Shown: positions 54,051-64,000 of the stretch, one piece after another
Numbering within the stretch: position 1 is the first letter of the stretch
Layout: every line of letters starts with the position of its first letter
Source: the human T2T-CHM13v2.0 reference genome, Homo sapiens
Strand: one strand, 5' to 3'
DNA: 64,000 bases
Assembly: GCF_009914755.1 (NCBI RefSeq)
Contig: NC_060926.1
The notes under the pieces: model-generated
Databases searched by the model: none
Seen by the model: only the letters and a program-made list of their open reading frames with translations
What the model was told of the DNA's origin: nothing
Program-made: the position numbers and the translations under genes

Positions 54051-57000
54051 TGCATATGGCTACTAGAGACCCTGGTCATGTCATGGTTTGGCTTTCTGGA
54101 GCTATCCTAAACCTGACTCAAGCTTTTCTCTCCCTGAGTGTTTGGAGGGCAAAGCCTCAGGACTGCTAAATTTCTGCCTCCATTTTAAGCACTACTGTGG
54201 CCAAATGTGCCTCAGCCCCACTTGGAACGAGCCCAAACCCCTGCCTGCAGTTTATTCATGCTCTTACACACTTAACATGTTTTTGTCCACAGCCTGGCAT
54301 GCTTCTGTTGTTCTGGCTGACTCTTCTTTACCACTTTTTTCAAGTCTCATTTGAAGCTCTGTCTCCCTAAGACTTGCTTGATGCCCCTCACATCCCAGAG
54401 GTTTGTGATGTCCTTGCCTTGTGTTCCTACCATGTGTGTCCTTGGACTTTTCCACTCTTTGCTTGTCTTCACAGCCAGTCTGTAAGCTCCTCAAAGGCAT
54501 GGGTGGGATCTCATATTTTTCTTTTCAGTTCAGTGCTGAGCTTGGAGTCTGGCAAATCACAGGTTTTTATCAATAAATGTCCAGCTGGGTACATTCCTCC
54601 CTCTCCTAAACACAACTCCTGCCGGTCAGGCACTGTGTCCTAGAACCTTTGCCATGACGCTGATGGCCATGCTTTCACTTCTAGATCACCATTTCTGCCA
54701 CTTATGTGCTTTGACAGGTCCCTGAATCCTTTTGGAATTCCCAGAAGCACCTGGAAAGTTTACTGCTAAATTGTTAAGACCGGAAGAGCCTTTGTTTCAC
54801 TTCACTTTTGAAAACTGAGATTCCATAATAAGAATTTATTTTGTGTTTCTTGGTGGCTAATTATAAACCTGTAAGTAGGATTAAAAAAATTCAGGCCACC
54901 TCCACTACCTGAGAGGTTGCTTTGAATGAATAGTTCTTGCAGAAAAGAAACAGGGACCCAGAATTTCTAATTCTGTTGGACTAATTACTGACCCTTCAAG
55001 GAATACATGGCTTGTTTCATTTCGAAAAGTGAGACTATATATATCCCTGTCGGGAATAATGTTCCTCCCCAGCCACTTGATGGGGGAACTCAGTAACATA
55101 CACTGCAGGGCTGTCCTGGGGACCTTGAAAGTGCGTCTACTCAGGGTTGTTCTTTGTATTGGTGATAGGACATGCTGAAATTAGACTTGTTTGTTTTAAT
55201 CAGAAGGTGACAGATCCCACTTGCTTAATTTGGCTTAATGAGGTATGTGTATACAGTTGTGATATCAGCTTACATATGGTATTGATTCAATAGACATTCC
55301 ACAGCTACAGCATAGCATATGCTTCCTCAGATAGTCCCTTGTCTGTGCTGTTTCATCCTTTACCTGTTTTCACTGACAAGTATTTCAACAAACTCACTGT
55401 AGAGCCTGAGATCTTAAAATTTAAAAAAATACTTGGAATAAAGCTGATTTGGTGAGACATGGAAGAGAGGTATCTGACTCCATGTTTTTGAAAAGGTTTT
55501 GTAGGTTTGAAGATTTCTGGGGTTTTGAGAGATTTTCCTTTAAGCTGTGCTTTTGGCTTTGCATATCCACAGCTTCTAAAATTAGGCAGCCTAAATAAAA
55601 ATCAGTTGCTAGTTTTTGTTTTTCCTTTCTCGCTTACATCCCAGAAAAAGGAGAGAAAGCAATGCGGGGTGAAGATGGTTTGAAATTCTTTGGGTTTAGA
55701 AATGACAGAAAGAGGGATTCAATTAGGGGTGTGACTGAACTGCCCTACAGTTCAGGACAGCAGAAATAATCTTCATCTCACAGCCTCCTTCTTCTGTACT
55801 TCTTTTACCCTTGAACATTCAGCAAGTCTCACGTGTGGGATCACAAACCCCAAATCTGCTTATGTCAAGCAGAGGGCCCATGGCGTGGACAGAGTCACCC
55901 GAGGACGACATGTCTGGGATTGACAGAGCATTATAAACTGCATTTTGATTTGCATTGTCAGAGTTGGACAGCTGCACTCTTAGCTGGTTTTAAGCTGTCT
56001 TGAAGTTTCATGTTGGAGAGGTTTTCTAGTCAACGTTTACTGTGGAAACTTTCCTTTACCTTGGTGCAGCTAGAGATGGGCTCTTGAACCAGAGAAAAGT
56101 GGACACCCAGTGAAGGACTTGTGCTAATGTTTTCCCCCCTCGGGGGACTTGATTAAACAGCAGCCACATGATTATGGGACCCTGGATAAACCCAGTCAGT
56201 TTCCTCATTGATAAAATGAGGATAAGAGCCTGTACCATGGTATTGTTGCTAGGAGTATGAGTTAACACATGGAACACACTCAAGGTGCTGGGCACAAAAT
56301 AAGAGCTCCGTAAGCTTTGGCTATTGCCTCATACGCTTCTTAAGTGTCCAACTCAGGTTTTCACTCCTGGGCCAGGCATGTAGCAGATGGTCAGTGCTTA
56401 ATGGGCATGTAAACTACCCATTCCCAATGTTGCATTTTATACAGAAAACCGGACCTTGTGAAAGGGCTGTCCAGAAGCTACTTGGCAGTCACAGCCTGGA
56501 CCTGGTCTTTGGCATCAGACATTTTTGAGCAGAACTCTGGGTCCACTTACATACTTGCTGTTAGCATTTTATTATACTTAACCATTGCTGACCCTCCGAT
56601 TCATGCTCTGTGCAATGGCGGTAGTGACACCAACACTGTCCTCATGGTGAGGATGCAATGAGATGATGCATATTGAGATCCTGGTCCAACATCTTCCTGT
56701 GACCTACCTACTGACCTTGCCCTCTGTGATTAATACCGTGTTACAAAGCAGTGGTCGCAAACATAACGTGGCAAACACTGATGTATCTTTTATCCAACCT
56801 ATGCGGACAGCATGATGCCAGGTCTGTGTCAGGCATCGGAAATGCAGCTGGGTAGGAAACTAGGGCTCCTTTTGGGAATGTTGAGTTCACCATCTACCGG
56901 AGGAGAATGACTGAAAGTATTGGTTGCGCTCATGTCTTTTTTGACCCTCAACTTGTAGATGCATTCACCCTAGTCCAAGAAAACCTATTGGCTTTGCCTG

Positions 57001-59741
57001 ACCTTTTGGCCTTAGAAATGACCTTCAAACACTATAGCCATCTCAGGATAGGGATAGCAATGATGTACAGGAACTGGCACAGAAGGAATTTTCTCCTGTC
57101 ACAAGGCAGAAGTTGTATGGCTCCTGTGCTACTTGTCACAGCAAACTTAAGCAGATCCAGAAACTGCCTGACCCTTTACTGTACCTTCCCACTCCAAAAT
57201 GGGGAGGGGAACTCCTGTGCGGGAGTGCTCAGCTCTCAAGGGAAGATAGTCATTAACCTGTCTAAACTCTATGTTAATAGAACCTTCTCGATAATTGCTT
57301 TCATTAAGTGTGGTTAATGTGAACAGTACAAGTTATAGCAAGATTTGCAGAAGAACAAAGTAAATATTTAAGACTTTATTTCAGGATGCAGTTGGGTCGA
57401 GGCAAGGAGAAGATTAGTAGAAGCTGTATCTGATGGTATCTGAGGTTGAAACACAGTGAACCTCTTGGCAGAAGTGCCAGTCATTTCTCATCAGTGGTTC
57501 ACAGAATCCTAACTCTGGGGAGGCAGATGGGTGTCTCCTGGAGATGGTTGTGTGTTCAGGTTTTCTCCTTTCGCTTCTGGCCTCTGTCAGACATGAATGA
57601 CATGGTGATGAAGATAAACTGCCTTCCCTGTACTGCCCAGGAATGCAATGAGGATTAAGAAGGTGGCTTTTAGCCTGTGTCTATGCCACATGGGGAGGAT
57701 GGTTGCTCCCTGAGGGCAGAAGGCCATTATTAGCAACTGAGTTGGCCAGGAGTGTGTGCCATGCCGGGCTGGGTGTACGGAGCTGTCAAGCCAGGCACCT
57801 GGGGATTAATTTAGCATGGGTTTTCATGCCCCCGGGCTACCAGTGACCATACAGCCATCATCTCTACCTTTGAGTTGATGTGTATAACTGAATAATAGTG
57901 CTGTGTTTTCAAAAGGAAAGGCTTAAAAAACAGTGCTTCTGTAGTACAAGGAGGGATGCCCTGCTGAAAATCTGGAAATTACAGCTAAGCAAAAAGATGA
58001 AAATACAAAGTAGCTGTTATTCTACCACCCAGAGATCGATTTGTTTCTTTACTAACAGATACGGCAAGTGCCTGTTCTGTGCCAGGCACTGTCTAGGCAC
58101 TGGAGATAGTGATGAGCAAAACCATCTCTTCTTTCTGGAGATGACACTCCAGCAGTGAAGGCAGATAGGAAACAAATACATAAACACATCTGGTGAAAAA
58201 TGCTTGAGGAACAGCAAAGTAGGGTAAGAAATTAGCGAAGGAAGTGGGTGCTGTTTCAGGTTTGAGGCTTGTCAAGAAAGCCTCTCTGAAGAAGAGAGAT
58301 TGAGCAGAGACCCATATTATTGAGTGAGGGAGGCCTGGGGCTCTCCAGCTAGCTGCCAGCAGGATCAGTCTGTACAACAGCCCAGGGCACATTCTTCCTG
58401 GGTGCATTTAAGAACCACTGTTGGGCCCTTTTAATTCTAATACAGAAGGTGGCCTATTAAAACCAAAACCGAAAAAAAAAAAGGACCCTTTACTGTATCA
58501 TCTGTCATTTATGTTTCTGCTAGGCTCAAACTAGACTTTTGAGAGAGCAGTGTTGGAACCACAGAAAGGTCTGGATGTGTTAACGCATTGGTTCAGCATG
58601 TGATGAGACTTGTGTGCGCAGTACAGACTCAGGCTGCTGGGGTTCAAGTCTGAGTTCCACAGTGGTGCAGCTGTGGTGAAGTCATTTAGAGAGGTTAAGT
58701 CTCAGTTCTCTCATCTGTACAGCAGAAACTAGCTCATGGGGCCACATGAGAAAGTGTCTGTGGAGGGAGGGCTGGCACATGGTAAGTGCTCAGGAAATAC
58801 TGGCTGTTGCTATAATTAACAAAATGTGGTTTTGGCAAATGGTTTTAAGAGGGTCTGTATGTGCCTTTGTTCCATAAGTTTTTAACCAAAACTAAGGAGC
58901 CTCGAAAATTATGTTAGAGGCACCAAATGGGGAGCAGGTTCTAGTCATTCATCAAAGAAGGAGCTAAATAAAATCAAGATTTAACAGAAGGATCACACAT
59001 TTGAGGTAGGGTTTGGAGTTTCAGTCATGAAGTCGGTGCACAGTTTATATAGGGTTCAACTTCTTGTCTGTAGGTGCCTGTCTCTATTCACATTTAAAGC
59101 CATTGTTGAGGAATGTAGTATCTTTTTTTTTTTTTTTTTTTTTTTTTTTACAGAAACTCTTCTCAGTTTGGAGAATGTGGGTGTGTGGCTTTGAGGCTTC
59201 AGAATCCCACCGTGAAGTTGTCATTGGTCTTCATGGTTATTTATGAGGCTTGACTTAAGCTGGGTCCTGTTCTTAACAGGAGAACGATACAGCTTCCCCC
59301 GGCCGCTGGGTTCTCTTTCTGTGATGCAAGGATACATCGCTGCACTAGGCTCTCTGAGAAATTTGTGACTGGCTAGCAATTAGAGTTGAGAATGTAAACT
59401 GGCCACAGATTGAGGAATTCCAGGCTAGAGACTGTGAGCCCTAGTGAAGAAATGTAGGGTCAGGGCTCAGGAGGCTGGGATTAAGCCCACTGCTGACAGA
59501 ATTGATGCTGAGACCTTCAGCACATCACATTATCTTTGTTTCCTCTTTCAGATCCAGAGATTCATGAGCTTTTATAAGTGGAAAAGATTTAGATGTTCTA
59601 ACATTTCCTCCAAATGGGAGATTGCAACTTTCCAAAATCCTTGGTGGATGGTTCTCCAGATTTATCTCAACAGTTCTAGTGCTGGAACTTTTAGCTGCCA
59701 TACTGTTGAACTTTAGTGGGCCACATTTACATAGCCTGTGT

Positions 59742-59964
59742 CAGGGGTCAACAAACTGTGGCCCATGGGCCAAATTAGTCCACTGCCTAAATTTATAAAT
59801 AAAGTTTTATTAGAACACAACCTTGCCCATTTGTTTACTTACTGTCTGTGGCTGCTTTCATGCTACAGCTGCAGAATTTAGTGGTTGTACAGGAGACCAT
59901 AAGGCCCACAAAACTGAAAATATTTACTATCTGGCTTTTTACAGAAAAAGTTTGCCAACCCCTG
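59742..59964 (+). mobile_element. MER58A, full length
   Basis: TIRs CAGGGGTCAACAAACT and AGTTTGCCAACCCCTG; internal AATAAAGTTTTATT.GAACAC. Confidence 0.92.
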
Positions 59965-60599
59965 GCCTAAATGAATGGTGCTGTCTGGAATGCAGTACAT
60001 AGTCTGCATGCAACCCTGTGTGCTAAACATATTAGATTTGTAAAGTGTTCATAAAATAGAGCAAAAAAAAAAAGCCACTGTTTATGGAGAGATCGCTGTG
60101 TCCCAGACACAAATAATAACTTTAAAATACTTTATTAGTTCTTTCCTCAGAGCAAACCTGCAGAACAGTTATCTCAATTTAAGAGGATCAGGGTAGGATA
60201 TGATGTGTAATCTACCCAAAATGGTGGCAGTCTGAGCCAGGGTTCAGATCCTGGCTGGTGCATCTCTAATGTGCCCATTCAATCTGCCACTGCTGGGACA
60301 ATCGCATTTTATTGTGCATCACACCAGAAGGTCACGTGTGGCATTTTTAAAGATGAAAATAGTTTAAGGCTCAAGAGTGGAAGGTAATCTAAGAGTCCAC
60401 ACCTTTCTGGCCATTTGGATATTGTTGTAAATGTTTCAGGTGTTAAGCATACTTAATTTTGTGAGTTTTGATTTTTTGTTTTGGTCTTCTTTTTGTTATT
60501 GTGTATTGATTGCCCTTTGATTTTCTTCTTTACCGTTATATATTTTAAATGAGGTAATTGTCTCTAGAGAAATATCTAGAATTGTTTTCCAATTCTTTT

Positions 60600-63540
<2,941 letters not shown>

Positions 63541-63792
63541 TGCTTACTGAATTTTGAATTCTCTTGCTGGTGTCTGGAAGCAAAGGCCTCCTTTATTTTT
63601 GCTGGTTTGGCATGATTTTATCTCCTGACATGGCTCTGGTAGTTTCTTGTGAGGGTGGAGGCACCTGAAACACTTTATCAGGCACATGATAGACATTGCC
63701 TATCAAATGGCTCAACATCAGTTCCACAAAAAACCTAAATGGCCATTCAAGACCTGTTTCTGCCTGTTTCAAGTTCCATATAGGAATTAGAT

Positions 63793-64000
63793 CAGTAGTT
63801 GGCAAATGACGGCCTGTGCGCCAAAATCTAGCCCAGTCTGTAAATAAAGTCATGCTGGAACACAGCTGTGCTCCTTTGTTGATGTGTTGCCGTGTTGCCT
63901 GTGGCTGCTTTCACATCACAATATCAGAAATTGAGTAGTTGATACAGAGACTACGTGGGCAGCAAATCTAGAATATTTACCATCTAGCTCTTTAAAAAAA
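63793..64000 (+). mobile_element. MER58A-like element running to the window end
   Basis: GTTGGCAAA..ACGGCCTG, TGTAAATAAAGT...GGAACACAGC, TGGCTGCTTTCAC, AATATTTAC.ATCT. Confidence 0.85.

Overview
Primate (human-like) genomic DNA from the 5' part of MGAT5 (alpha-1,6-mannosylglycoprotein 6-beta-N-acetylglucosaminyltransferase, GnT-V) on the + strand. Only two coding exons are present: the ATG exon (CDS 29877-30117, cytoplasmic tail, transmembrane anchor and start of stem) and the next exon (45870-46034, stem with three N-glycan sequons). They join in frame to give residues 1-135, and I found no further MGAT5 exon in the window. The rest is intronic or upstream sequence rich in repeats (about a dozen Alus, old L1/L2/MIR, ERVL/MaLR LTRs, hAT-Charlie MER elements, microsatellites) plus a 3'-truncated 5S rRNA pseudogene. 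I see no evidence of a new multi-gene system, and almost all ORFs in the supplied track look spurious. The most interesting signals are: two uORFs coupled to a NAGNAG acceptor in the MGAT5 5' UTR; candidate extra 5' UTR exons; two unexplained local dispersed duplications (21.1/21.9 kb and 50.8/53.6 kb); a three-arm Alu; two closely spaced inverted Alu pairs; convergent CTCF-type motifs; and a nested L1/MER1B/5S insertion series. Repeat subfamily calls come from remembered consensus sequences and their boundaries are approximate.
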